The position numbers and the translations under genes were made by a program. Of a DNA stretch of 64,000 nucleotides, positions 34,201 to 43,103 are shown one piece after another (the stretch's first letter is position 1; each line of letters opens with the position of its first letter). The notes below the pieces were generated by a model that saw only the letters and a program-made list of their open reading frames with translations, ran no database searches and was not told where the DNA came from. The DNA lies in assembly GCA_017455205.1 (NCBI GenBank), contig JAFTBM010000035.1, positions 2,933 to 66,932 on the forward strand. The letters run 5' to 3'. This stretch comes from Bacteroidales bacterium (lineage in GTDB: Bacteria; Bacteroidota; Bacteroidia; Bacteroidales; P3).

Positions 34201-37200
34201 AATTTCGCCTTGAGTCTGCAGACTTCCACGCCGAGCAGTAATCAGTTGGGGAACAATGTGTACTACTCGGCGGGGAGTACGCTCAACCGCGTTGGGGCTG
34301 TATCTTATTCGAGCCTTGACGCGTGGCAGTCGGCGGTGACGCTGGATGGGAACTCGCTGTCGCTCGACCCAGTGTTTCTTAATACCGAGTTGGTGGACTT
34401 GCGTACCTACAACCGTTTCATCAAAGGAAAAGGAACGCCGATTAGTGGGGTAGCGAGCGATATGTTTGGAACAGCCCGAAGTTCGTCCAGTCCATGCCCT
34501 GGGGCATTTGAGTATGCCTCGCTGCAGTATGATTTCGAGGTGGATGCGTTGGTGAGTCCAGTGGCAGATACGTGCCAAATGCCAGCCACGGTGGCCTTGA
34601 CGGTGCGACTACGCAACAACGGGATTAGGAGCTACGCGATAGGCACTGGGGATACGCTATGGATTTCGTGCCAAATGAATGGGGGGGAGGTGCGGAAGGT
34701 AGCTGTTGGCCATTCAGTGCCGAGTGAGGATACAATAACGGTTAGTACGGGACTGACCTATCAGCTGCCTGCCAACGGCATTTATGATTCAGTGTATGTG
34801 GTGAAAGTGTGGGTAGCGTATGCTGGTGATCCCAATCAGACCAACGACACAAGCCTTTTCACTGTGGTGAGTCGCTATCATCAAGAGGCAGCTGATGACT
34901 TGGCGATGACCATTCCGTATGCAAGCCAAGCGACGGTGGTGCCGAGTTCGGGAGTGGCGCAGTGGAGCGTTTATGCCAATGGGTCGGCTCCCAAGAAGAG
35001 GTCGCAGCTGTTTTGGTATCGCAGCATGTCGGACGTTGTACCTTTTTATCAGGGAGATACGTTGCAGACCGATGTCTTAAGGCAGGACACACACTACTAC
35101 TTTAAGCAGCGGAGGTTGCTTCCAGTGGTGAGACTAACGCAGGTGCAGATAAAAGGTACGGGGGCAGTGGGTCTGACGAGTCCTATGCCATCGTGGATGG
35201 GGAGTTCGACCCTGTTGGCGGTGCAGCTGACCAATGTGGGCGATGATACCGCCTACTTGGCAGGCGATACGTTGAAGATGGTGTCGGATGTGGCAGCTAT
35301 TAACAACCAGTATATCCGTTTTGGCGATGTGAGGATAGCACCAGGAAAAGCGATGGTGGTGCAGTTTGCAGCTGGTACAAGCACGAATGCCTCGAAGACG
35401 GTATACACAGGGCTGAACATGAGCCAGTCGCCCACAGCCTCAACCAAGTTCGGACTTATCTATAAGCATGAGAGCGAGGTGGAGGATGCGGTAGCAATCA
35501 ATAGTATTGAGTCAAATGCTCGTTGGACGACGATGGCAGTGCCGAGTTATGTGTGGAGTGGTAGTGGGGTAAATGTGTCTCCCAGTACGACGGGAGGGAT
35601 AGTGAGACAGGCGTTTAATGGGATGGCCTCGGACTGGCGGATGGCCACGACGGCACAGCCGATGATGATAGATACGATAGCCGAAGGATGGTTGATGTAT
35701 GTCGATAATGGTTGTCCAACAGAGTTCGCAACAGCCACGGTCAATATGGCCACTCACCCAGCAGTGGATATCTCTCTGCAGGCGGGTAACCTGGCTTCGG
35801 GGTGCAATTTGGGCAATGAAGAGGTCTCGGTTATTGTGCACAACTACGGACAGCAGGCGGCCACAGGTGTGCAGTTACATTACACAGCTGGTGGACCTGT
35901 CGTGAGTGAGACGATGAGTGGAAGTGTGGCATCGGGAGCCGATGTAACCTTTACTTTCACGCAACGGCTCAACATGGCGGTGGCACAGGATTCGCTCTTC
36001 AGGGTAGTTATATGGGCGACAAAGCTTTCGGCAGATTCGGAACAAAGCAATGACACGACGGTAGTGCAGTCGCTTGCACGCTATACGCCATCGGCTCCAG
36101 TATTAGCCTCAACGATGTCGGTTCCCTATGGCACAAGTGCAACGGTTAGCCCTACGCCGTTGCCAAGAGCAACAATGATATGGTACGATAGTTTGGACAA
36201 TCCGATTGATACTGCCAACAACTATGTATCTGCCCCGCTCTATGAAACCACGCTCCTCGGAGTGAGTTATCTAATGGCCGATAGTAGCGGTGGACAGATA
36301 GGTTCGGCTGCAACACGTACCACTGCCACTGCCTACCCCTCCCCCTACCAACCTTACAATGCGATGGCCAAGCAGCAGTATATTTATTCGGCCAGCGAGT
36401 TGAGGACATTGGGAATTGAGGCTGGAAACATCACGGCAGTGGCGTTCCATCTCGACTCGATATTGGGTAGTGTACAATCGCTGACGTTCAGCAAGTATTA
36501 TATCTCTATGGGGCTTACCGATGACACGCTGTTCTCATCAATGACGGCATGGAAGGCCACACAGGTGGTTTACAACCGTAGCTCGTTCAGCGTCAGCAGG
36601 AGTGATATTGGTCAGTGGGTCAGTCATAAGCTGGATACACCTTTTGTTTGGGATGGCATGTCGAATTTAGTGGTACAGGTGGTGCATGAAAACACGTCGG
36701 CTGTTACCACTGGAGTGCAGACCACATATAGCAGCAAAAGTAACAGCTGCCTCACCTATGGGTCAAATAGTTCGCTCTCTCCCTCGGCTCTGGACTATAC
36801 TGGGTCGGGAAGGATGAGTGGCAACAGGCCGAATATACACATAGAGCAGGTGCTTTATAGTTGCCAAAGCCCGAAGGTATATACCACTATCACCCTCTCT
36901 GGCCAGCCTAATGTAGACGCTCGTATCACCTGGCCCGATGGCTACGACACGGTAACGTACACTTCGTGTAGCAATATCGCACTCAACGTAAAGCTCCAGA
37001 ACCTCGGCTTGCAGGCATTCAACAGCGTAAATCTTCACTACACTATAGACGGGACAACGGTGGGTTCAACGACCATCAACAGCGTGCTTGCACGCGGAAA
37101 TGCTACTACCGTGCAACTATTCAGTCGCCCCTTGAAGCCTGGCAGGCATTATGTGGTGGCATGGGTCGCCTTGAGCGGCGATGAAGAAACGAGCAACGAC

Positions 37201-40200
37201 ACGATAGTGCTGCCGCTGACGGTGAAGTTCTGTGCAGGGTCATACACCATTGCGCAGACTGCGAGTGCCGATTATCGTAGCTTTGGCGAGGCTGTGGACA
37301 GTCTGGTGCAGGTAGGTATAGCGGGAAGTGTGGTGTTCAATGTGGCACAAGGAACCTATACCGAGCAGGTAAGCCTCGGAGCGATTGGTGGAACATCGCA
37401 AGCACAGACTGTTACGTTTAGGGGTGCCTCCGTCAGTAGCACAACACTGAAAGCGGCTACCTCCCAGAGTATAAACTACGTGCTTAATATTGATGGTGCG
37501 TCAAACGTGGTATGGGAAGGCATGACCATCACTTCGCGTCCACAGTCTGGCAACTTTGGCAATGTGTTGGTCATTCAGAATGCAAGCCATATTACACTGC
37601 AGAACAATATGGTCAAGGTGAGCGGTAATATCGACAACGACAACGCATCCTGCATCGTGCTGCAAGGTAATGTGGACGGATTAACGCTGCAAGGCAATAC
37701 ACTCGACAGCGGCTACTATTCGCTCCGCGAAAAGGGTACTGCCTATAACTACACCAACATAACCATTCAAGGAAACACGTTTACTAACTTCCGCTATGGA
37801 GCAGTGGCCTTACAAGGAGCAACCAACGTCAGCATTGCGGCCAATAGCATGCTATCAGGCCATACGACAATCAACCGAGGCTTGGTTGGCATAGGATTGA
37901 CGCAGGTGGATGGTACATTGAGCATCAGCAAAAACACCATCTATTTGGCCGATGATATGAATGGTGGCAAGCAGGGTATTAATCTCAACAAGGTGAAATG
38001 CACTGCTTCGAGCAGCGGGACGGTGGTGAATAATATGATAAGTGCTTGTGGCACAGGTGCCACGGCGTTGAGCAACCCTGGAGGTATTGTAGCCACCGAT
38101 TGCGAATACTTGAACATCATCTACAACAGCATCCTGACGCGGACTGGAAGCAGTACCATTTCGCGTGGCATGCTGCTCACGCAATCGGCTACTGACACCT
38201 CGCATCACCTCACTGTGATGAACAACGTGATTGTCAATCGCAGTTCGTATGCCTACTACGTCTCGCCCTCTACCGTAGTGGCTGCCTCCGACTACAACAA
38301 CTATGTCTCCCCCACGGGACTCCCGATTGCCTACTGGAACGCTGACCAATACACCTTGACCAACCTGCAGTCGGCCAACGGGCGCGATGGCAGCTCAATG
38401 GCAGAGGAAGTCTACTTCGTCAACGACACCAACTTGCACCTTTCGATGACCAACCTCTCTGGCAAGGCACAGTATAATCCCGATGTCATTGACGATATTG
38501 ATGGCAACGCACGACCGCAGCTCCCTCCCCCCACTATCGGTGCTCATGAAGTCAGTCTGACAGCGCACGATATGGCTCTGGTACGTGTGATTTCACCAGT
38601 GATGCCAGTCAGCATAGCCCGACCGATCAATATCGAGAGCGACTCTATCCTTGTGAAGGCACTCTTCTATAATAATGGTAGCTCCACCGAGAGCAATGCC
38701 TACTGGTATGCCTACGTGGAAGGCTATGGTGCTGCAACTCGCTCGGCCAACCGCTCGCTCGGTACGATGCTGCCGACGCAGTCCAAGACCGACTCGGTGT
38801 GGCTCTATTCTCCACTCGGTGTGGTAGATTCGCAGAGTGTAAAGATAGTACTGGTCGCCCCAACCGACGACGATGCATCCAACAACACGGCCTCTGCTCC
38901 ATTCTATATTGCCCCAGCGTTCAACCTCGGTGCGGTAAGTATTGCGACCTCCAAGACGGGTTGCGATATGCAGCAAACCCAAGTGTTGCTGACGCTCTCC
39001 AACGATGGAGCCAAGGATATTCCCACAGGCTTCACCATTGAGGTCGGCTACTCCGCCCAAGCCTATTACCCCACCTACGATGCATCCAACCCCTCGGCCT
39101 ATCGGCAGGCAGTCTCTACTATGCCTGGCTCTATTAGGGAGAACATTACCCTTACCAACCCATTCCAACGGGGTACTTCGCAGACTTTCACCTTCTCCGC
39201 CCCAGCCAATTTCTACCCAACCGACACCGCTATAAACCTAAAAATTATGCTCCGTGGCTGGTGCAACCTGACTTACGACCTCGTCCCCACCAACGACTCT
39301 GTATGGTCGGATGTGATCAATTCCTACTATTCTCCACGTCCAGCTGTGGGGCACGACACCACGCTTGCCTACGCCACTTGGGGCGAGGTAACGGCATCTC
39401 AACCCGACTATCGACCCATTCAGTGGTATCGCGACACCACGGCCTCCCCCTTCTACAATATGAGCAACTACTTCAGCTCCTGTCGCTGGTCCAACACTCC
39501 CATCTTCACCCACGACTCTACCTACTACCTTCGCAGCGTCAGCGACCTCGGTTGCCTCAGTGCATTCACCGAGGTGCATGTCCATGTGGCTGCGCAGCAG
39601 ACCAACGATGTGGGTGTGGCCACAGTGCTTGCTCCGATGGGTCGGCGCGTCTACACGGAGAATGACACCGTCCGCGTGCGTATCACCAACTACGGGACGC
39701 AGTCGCAACGCTCCTTCCCTGTAACCTACGAGGTGCGCGGTGGCAACAATCAAGCACCTTTCCAGGTCGTAACCGAGACCTGTGAGGTCTCCATCGCACC
39801 CAACCAGTCCTATGACTTTAAGTTCGATTCGCTCATCTCCTTCACCGACCCCTTGGAGGGCAAGAACTACTACCTCCGCGTATGGACCGACCTCGCGAAT
39901 GATGCCACTCGTCGCAACGATACTATCCGTTGGACGAACAGCCTCCGCCCCGCAGCAACCAACAACACCACCGTTGACTATCCGTTTGTTACCCTGCCCG
40001 AGACCAACTACGGTATTCGTGCCAACATCCCCAACGATGCCAGTGTGGATGTTGTCCGTGTATCGTTCAACGAGATTGACTTCGAGATGCCCCCGTTGGG
40101 GAGGTCGTTCACCAATATGGCTGGCTTCACCTCGCCCGAATACCCCGTGCTGCGGTTACCGCGCGGCTCGCAGGACACGCTGACCATTGCAATCCAGAAC

Positions 40201-43026
40201 CCCGCCGACCCCGAGGCTACGCCCAATGGTATGGTGGCAGCCTATATCGACTTCGACCGTTCTGGCACTTTCCTTGATGCGGGCGAAGAGGTTCTGCCTG
40301 CCACCCGCGTCAATAGCCGTGAGCCTATTAAAGTGGGGATAACCATCCCGCAGTCGGCAGCCAACGGCCACATGCGTCTGCGTGTGGTGGCCTCCAACGA
40401 GGGGAAAGCCCCCATTCCCACCCTTGCCTCCAGCGATGGCCATATCGTGGACTTCTTGATTTTTATCGATCCCGAACCTGCGTTCACCGACCTCGCCCTA
40501 ACGCAAGTCGCATCGCCCTATAGCAGCTTGCTCCGCACCGACAGCAACCTCGCTGTTGCTTTCCGTATGAGTAATAAGGGCACCTCTACCATCAATAATG
40601 CTACATTCCATTATTCCTACTATTTCCGCGACCTCGACAGCACCTACAACGGCACTTTCGACTGGTCTGGCACCCTCTCCACGGGGCGTAGCACCTTGGT
40701 GAAGCTCCCCCCCGTCCTCATTCCCTGCGGCACAGCCGACTTCAAAGTCTGGCATTCCACCCCCTCCGATGCCAACACCTCCAACGACACCTTGGCCCAC
40801 GAATACCACCGCCCGTATGTGGTTACCCTCGTCTACAACGATAATTTCAACGGTGAAGACCTATGGTATGCCCCGACGGGTCGCACCAAGTACACTCGCA
40901 ATCAGTGGCAACGCGGTATCACCACCAAGCCGACATTCTCCTCTGCTCATTCCTATCCCAATGCTTGGGCCACCAATCTGACCACAGATATCACCGTAGG
41001 CACTTGGGGCAATATGAGCTACCTCTATAGCCCCATTATCAACATCTCCCAAATACGTGCCGACTCGGTGGCCTTCTATCTCTGCCGTATGTTCGATACC
41101 ATCAGCGTCAGCTATCTCCGTCTGGAATATTTGGACTATACTGGCACTTGGCGCAATATGCGCGACGAGGCCGACAGCACCTGGTATACCAACGAGCAGC
41201 GCACAGCCTTCGACAATGTGGGGCAAAACGCTCATCTTAACAGCAGTGGCAAAGCCACTTATCAGCGTTTTGCGTTCAGCACCTCTTCGACAGGTATCGG
41301 CGATGAATTCAACGAGATGCTTCAACTCCGCTTTGTCTACGTCGCAGCCCAAGGCTCCAACGAGAATTCTACCTGCGGCAGTGGCTGTGCTATCGACGAC
41401 TTTTTGGTTACTCGTGCCCGCCGTCCTATCGATGTGGGAGCTTTCAAGGTAACCTATCCCACCGCACCCCGAGTAGGCGATATCGTCTATCCTCAAGTGG
41501 CTGTGAAAAACTACGGCCTCGACACCGTCTACACCTTCCAAATGGGCTACACAACCTATGAAAACTATATCCCCACCATCACTACCGTCCAATGCGCCAT
41601 ACCTCCCGACTCTGTCGATACATTTGCCTTCCCCAACCCCATTGTGATTACATCTGATTTCCCCGACACTTTCGCCATCACCGCCTTTACCGCTCTAGTG
41701 GAAGATATATATGTGGAGAACGACACCGTCCGTACAAAATTCCGCCTCTCTCCACTCGACCACGACATCAGTGTCGTAGAGTTCGTCTCGCCTCGCCCAA
41801 CCGTCATCGGGGGCGACTCCGTGGCCGTTACGCTCCGCATCCGCAACTTCGGCATAGATAGCATCTCTCGTGCCACGCTCTCTTTCATATTCAACACTAA
41901 CACTCGTTGCGATGAGGAGGTCGATTTCACACAGCTCATAGGCCGCCCGTTGGCCACCTTCGAGTATTTCAACTACACCTTCTCCACCAAGGTGCGTGTG
42001 CCGATGGGAATGATGAACTTCGTCGGTATCGCCAAGTGCGATGCCAACGATTACCTTGGCAACGACACCATCCGCCTGCGTGTGTCGGGTATTTCCTCCG
42101 TAACCGATGTCGCAGCCTCCTCCCTTATCATCGACTCCTCGAGCTTCAACTCTATGCGGGTACAGCTGGTCATCGACAACCGTGGAGCCCGCGGCGCCAA
42201 CAACTTTGAGGTAGGCTTCTGGTACGACAACGACACTTCCACCATCCATCGCGAGACCTTCCATCGCGACACTCCCATCCCAGCCCTCACCTCCTACACC
42301 CACGCTTTCAATATCGAACTCCCCACGCGCCAAATCCCCTATAGCCAAGTGGTAGGATTTGTGCATATCGACAACGACCACGACCCCTCCAACGACACCA
42401 CCTACTCCCGCTCCACCCAATACGTCGACCTTGAAGTGCTCAGTGTGCTCGTCGAAGAAAACGCAAACCCCGACTGTCGGGTCTTCCTTCGCCTGCGCAA
42501 CATTGGCAACCTCGCTGTGGAGAACCGTATTGTCCCGCTGCGAGCCGTGGTCAATGGCGTTGAACTTGCCAACAACACCACGCGCAGCTTTGCCCCTGGC
42601 GACATCGTCAATGTGGAATTCCCCACCACCATCCCCAAAAACGACCTTCGCCGTTATTCGGGAAGTGGCTGGCTGCAATCCTTCCCCATGGACAACAACT
42701 CCTCCAACAACCAGACCTCTGTGGTTCGCGTGGTGAACTATATGGAGGGCATACCACTGGTTGATGCTGGCCTCTTCACCCTCGGGCAGAACTATCCCAA
42801 CCCAGCCGCCCAGTCCACCACCATTCCATTCTCGCTCCCCTCCGATGCCGAGGTGCACTTCTTTGTGATGGATGCACTGGGCAAACGGGTCGTCAGCCAG
42901 CACTTCTTTGCTCCTGCGGGCGAGAACTCTTTGCAGCTCGACCTCCGTCCGCTCGCCTCAGGAGTCTACTACTATGGTCTCGAGGTGGATGGTGAACGTC
43001 GTATGCTTAAGTTAATCCACCGTTAA
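31228..43026 (+). CDS. Giant T9SS cargo/adhesin-like protein (3,932 aa): choice-of-anchor-J/MAM-like N-domain, at least 12 CARDB-like beta-sandwich modules, two parallel beta-helix regions, type-A CTD
   Basis: Start taken at MKRALVLMGAMLTLMAGNVRAQ. YYQGFESG N-domain. Repeated modules end in an N-D-T motif (e.g. PNQTNDT, SEQSNDT, EETSNDT, ATRRNDT, HDPSNDT). NN(M/I)I/GN beta-helix repeats at about aa 700-1000 and 2030-2400. The C-terminus NYPNPAAQSTTIPFSL...GVYYYGLEVDGERRMLKLIHR is a CTD. Confidence 0.9.
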   Translation: MKRALVLMGAMLTLMAGNVRAQVYEMYYQGFESGQSATYSVTTSGSEADSVLVRTGSRSLRLLQNKTADVELVLDTIDFSQNVALRYVALEFDHVCNLPTNGSRGVGEIYVKRAGQSDDSYVQLSGSEYNRDGDTYSDPFTMLLAFNRASYDEWDVAAVDNSSWKHERFDIDNILGGASTTAERKLIIKFKLDRRTVSGDVPADGGWWLDNVRVRASQSKIVSPKLDMVVYPDGELLPSSRGAKVALDAYTSVAEGIDGDSVYVVYRVGSSGVEHRVAMASQGAAQRHDGVAATRFACRIPFYGYDTLMRFYCVVKDATTNANEVTFPKSGGQWVEYRCVRGEAQTNSTIPAALTGTSTSTAFPFPKYIDNRSEWIYDSALMASAGYGPGGITAMRFVLGGAVQAQTRTNLQIRMKNEGTDYTVSGKQNYVSGYMHVVWDSTLSIAAADAGSEVVIRLQDTFFYAGKDVVMQVIYDGTGSADPEAASVQTIATGSNKLSKVRNGKSYSAGVNTYTDEEFLEPSSVERVRPVVVMTAVENQVLVHDMGVAAIVFPNETSPIVSQPAQLQVQLKNYGEDAVQAIRISYAIDGTIPTGYYDWTGNLAGQASATVTIATGVTLAAGYHTIRAWVEDTLTSSGARYRDHEPLNDTAAAEFIVCAGPLRGVKTVGGTGSDYATLHELLFDIGSCGVNDSVIVRLAPGYYEPFVMPAISGISATHYIVFEPANGSVVFYADTTVGNATAIADLTSGGYVRFRNVGFVRRSGALSYMAELGVSSTDCRFEGCWFTDSLSGQSSDMRIAAMVFTGGANNVVVNGCRFVGGGVGVDIQGISASSRATGCSVSKSYFKGQYTDAISVRNATGTKVVGNEMYDVESSASAVVIVYQCNGATEISANKIYTSHGASGLMVSGVEGTSAQHALVANNMIVCADDGAATTAQTPLNVLQGAWLDVVYNAVKHNAATRSNLPAVVFGGIQTTNSRLMNNIIACYDGVNFALSLQTSTPSSNQLGNNVYYSAGSTLNRVGAVSYSSLDAWQSAVTLDGNSLSLDPVFLNTELVDLRTYNRFIKGKGTPISGVASDMFGTARSSSSPCPGAFEYASLQYDFEVDALVSPVADTCQMPATVALTVRLRNNGIRSYAIGTGDTLWISCQMNGGEVRKVAVGHSVPSEDTITVSTGLTYQLPANGIYDSVYVVKVWVAYAGDPNQTNDTSLFTVVSRYHQEAADDLAMTIPYASQATVVPSSGVAQWSVYANGSAPKKRSQLFWYRSMSDVVPFYQGDTLQTDVLRQDTHYYFKQRRLLPVVRLTQVQIKGTGAVGLTSPMPSWMGSSTLLAVQLTNVGDDTAYLAGDTLKMVSDVAAINNQYIRFGDVRIAPGKAMVVQFAAGTSTNASKTVYTGLNMSQSPTASTKFGLIYKHESEVEDAVAINSIESNARWTTMAVPSYVWSGSGVNVSPSTTGGIVRQAFNGMASDWRMATTAQPMMIDTIAEGWLMYVDNGCPTEFATATVNMATHPAVDISLQAGNLASGCNLGNEEVSVIVHNYGQQAATGVQLHYTAGGPVVSETMSGSVASGADVTFTFTQRLNMAVAQDSLFRVVIWATKLSADSEQSNDTTVVQSLARYTPSAPVLASTMSVPYGTSATVSPTPLPRATMIWYDSLDNPIDTANNYVSAPLYETTLLGVSYLMADSSGGQIGSAATRTTATAYPSPYQPYNAMAKQQYIYSASELRTLGIEAGNITAVAFHLDSILGSVQSLTFSKYYISMGLTDDTLFSSMTAWKATQVVYNRSSFSVSRSDIGQWVSHKLDTPFVWDGMSNLVVQVVHENTSAVTTGVQTTYSSKSNSCLTYGSNSSLSPSALDYTGSGRMSGNRPNIHIEQVLYSCQSPKVYTTITLSGQPNVDARITWPDGYDTVTYTSCSNIALNVKLQNLGLQAFNSVNLHYTIDGTTVGSTTINSVLARGNATTVQLFSRPLKPGRHYVVAWVALSGDEETSNDTIVLPLTVKFCAGSYTIAQTASADYRSFGEAVDSLVQVGIAGSVVFNVAQGTYTEQVSLGAIGGTSQAQTVTFRGASVSSTTLKAATSQSINYVLNIDGASNVVWEGMTITSRPQSGNFGNVLVIQNASHITLQNNMVKVSGNIDNDNASCIVLQGNVDGLTLQGNTLDSGYYSLREKGTAYNYTNITIQGNTFTNFRYGAVALQGATNVSIAANSMLSGHTTINRGLVGIGLTQVDGTLSISKNTIYLADDMNGGKQGINLNKVKCTASSSGTVVNNMISACGTGATALSNPGGIVATDCEYLNIIYNSILTRTGSSTISRGMLLTQSATDTSHHLTVMNNVIVNRSSYAYYVSPSTVVAASDYNNYVSPTGLPIAYWNADQYTLTNLQSANGRDGSSMAEEVYFVNDTNLHLSMTNLSGKAQYNPDVIDDIDGNARPQLPPPTIGAHEVSLTAHDMALVRVISPVMPVSIARPINIESDSILVKALFYNNGSSTESNAYWYAYVEGYGAATRSANRSLGTMLPTQSKTDSVWLYSPLGVVDSQSVKIVLVAPTDDDASNNTASAPFYIAPAFNLGAVSIATSKTGCDMQQTQVLLTLSNDGAKDIPTGFTIEVGYSAQAYYPTYDASNPSAYRQAVSTMPGSIRENITLTNPFQRGTSQTFTFSAPANFYPTDTAINLKIMLRGWCNLTYDLVPTNDSVWSDVINSYYSPRPAVGHDTTLAYATWGEVTASQPDYRPIQWYRDTTASPFYNMSNYFSSCRWSNTPIFTHDSTYYLRSVSDLGCLSAFTEVHVHVAAQQTNDVGVATVLAPMGRRVYTENDTVRVRITNYGTQSQRSFPVTYEVRGGNNQAPFQVVTETCEVSIAPNQSYDFKFDSLISFTDPLEGKNYYLRVWTDLANDATRRNDTIRWTNSLRPAATNNTTVDYPFVTLPETNYGIRANIPNDASVDVVRVSFNEIDFEMPPLGRSFTNMAGFTSPEYPVLRLPRGSQDTLTIAIQNPADPEATPNGMVAAYIDFDRSGTFLDAGEEVLPATRVNSREPIKVGITIPQSAANGHMRLRVVASNEGKAPIPTLASSDGHIVDFLIFIDPEPAFTDLALTQVASPYSSLLRTDSNLAVAFRMSNKGTSTINNATFHYSYYFRDLDSTYNGTFDWSGTLSTGRSTLVKLPPVLIPCGTADFKVWHSTPSDANTSNDTLAHEYHRPYVVTLVYNDNFNGEDLWYAPTGRTKYTRNQWQRGITTKPTFSSAHSYPNAWATNLTTDITVGTWGNMSYLYSPIINISQIRADSVAFYLCRMFDTISVSYLRLEYLDYTGTWRNMRDEADSTWYTNEQRTAFDNVGQNAHLNSSGKATYQRFAFSTSSTGIGDEFNEMLQLRFVYVAAQGSNENSTCGSGCAIDDFLVTRARRPIDVGAFKVTYPTAPRVGDIVYPQVAVKNYGLDTVYTFQMGYTTYENYIPTITTVQCAIPPDSVDTFAFPNPIVITSDFPDTFAITAFTALVEDIYVENDTVRTKFRLSPLDHDISVVEFVSPRPTVIGGDSVAVTLRIRNFGIDSISRATLSFIFNTNTRCDEEVDFTQLIGRPLATFEYFNYTFSTKVRVPMGMMNFVGIAKCDANDYLGNDTIRLRVSGISSVTDVAASSLIIDSSSFNSMRVQLVIDNRGARGANNFEVGFWYDNDTSTIHRETFHRDTPIPALTSYTHAFNIELPTRQIPYSQVVGFVHIDNDHDPSNDTTYSRSTQYVDLEVLSVLVEENANPDCRVFLRLRNIGNLAVENRIVPLRAVVNGVELANNTTRSFAPGDIVNVEFPTTIPKNDLRRYSGSGWLQSFPMDNNSSNNQTSVVRVVNYMEGIPLVDAGLFTLGQNYPNPAAQSTTIPFSLPSDAEVHFFVMDALGKRVVSQHFFAPAGENSLQLDLRPLASGVYYYGLEVDGERRMLKLIHR

Positions 43027-43042
43027 TCCTGTAGTCGCAACT

Positions 43043-43072
43043 GGGTGCGGCAGCCTTTCGGCTGCCGCACCC
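43043..43072 (+). terminator. Strong hairpin after the giant gene (terminator-like, no T-run)
   Basis: Perfect 13-bp stem GGGTGCGGCAGCC / GGCTGCCGCACCC with a TTTC loop. Confidence 0.5.
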
Positions 43073-43103
43073 GCGGCCATAGCCTCCGCCCCCTCCCACC
43101 GCC

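Noticed and set aside
37800-38600. Interpreting the G/C skew switch as a replication origin or terminus
   Set aside because: At least three such switches occur within 64 kb (about 7.85, 38.2 and 50.1 kb). Genes on both strands (for example clpP on the minus strand, lepA on the plus strand) share the C-ending regime. No dnaA, DnaA-box cluster or dif-like context was seen.
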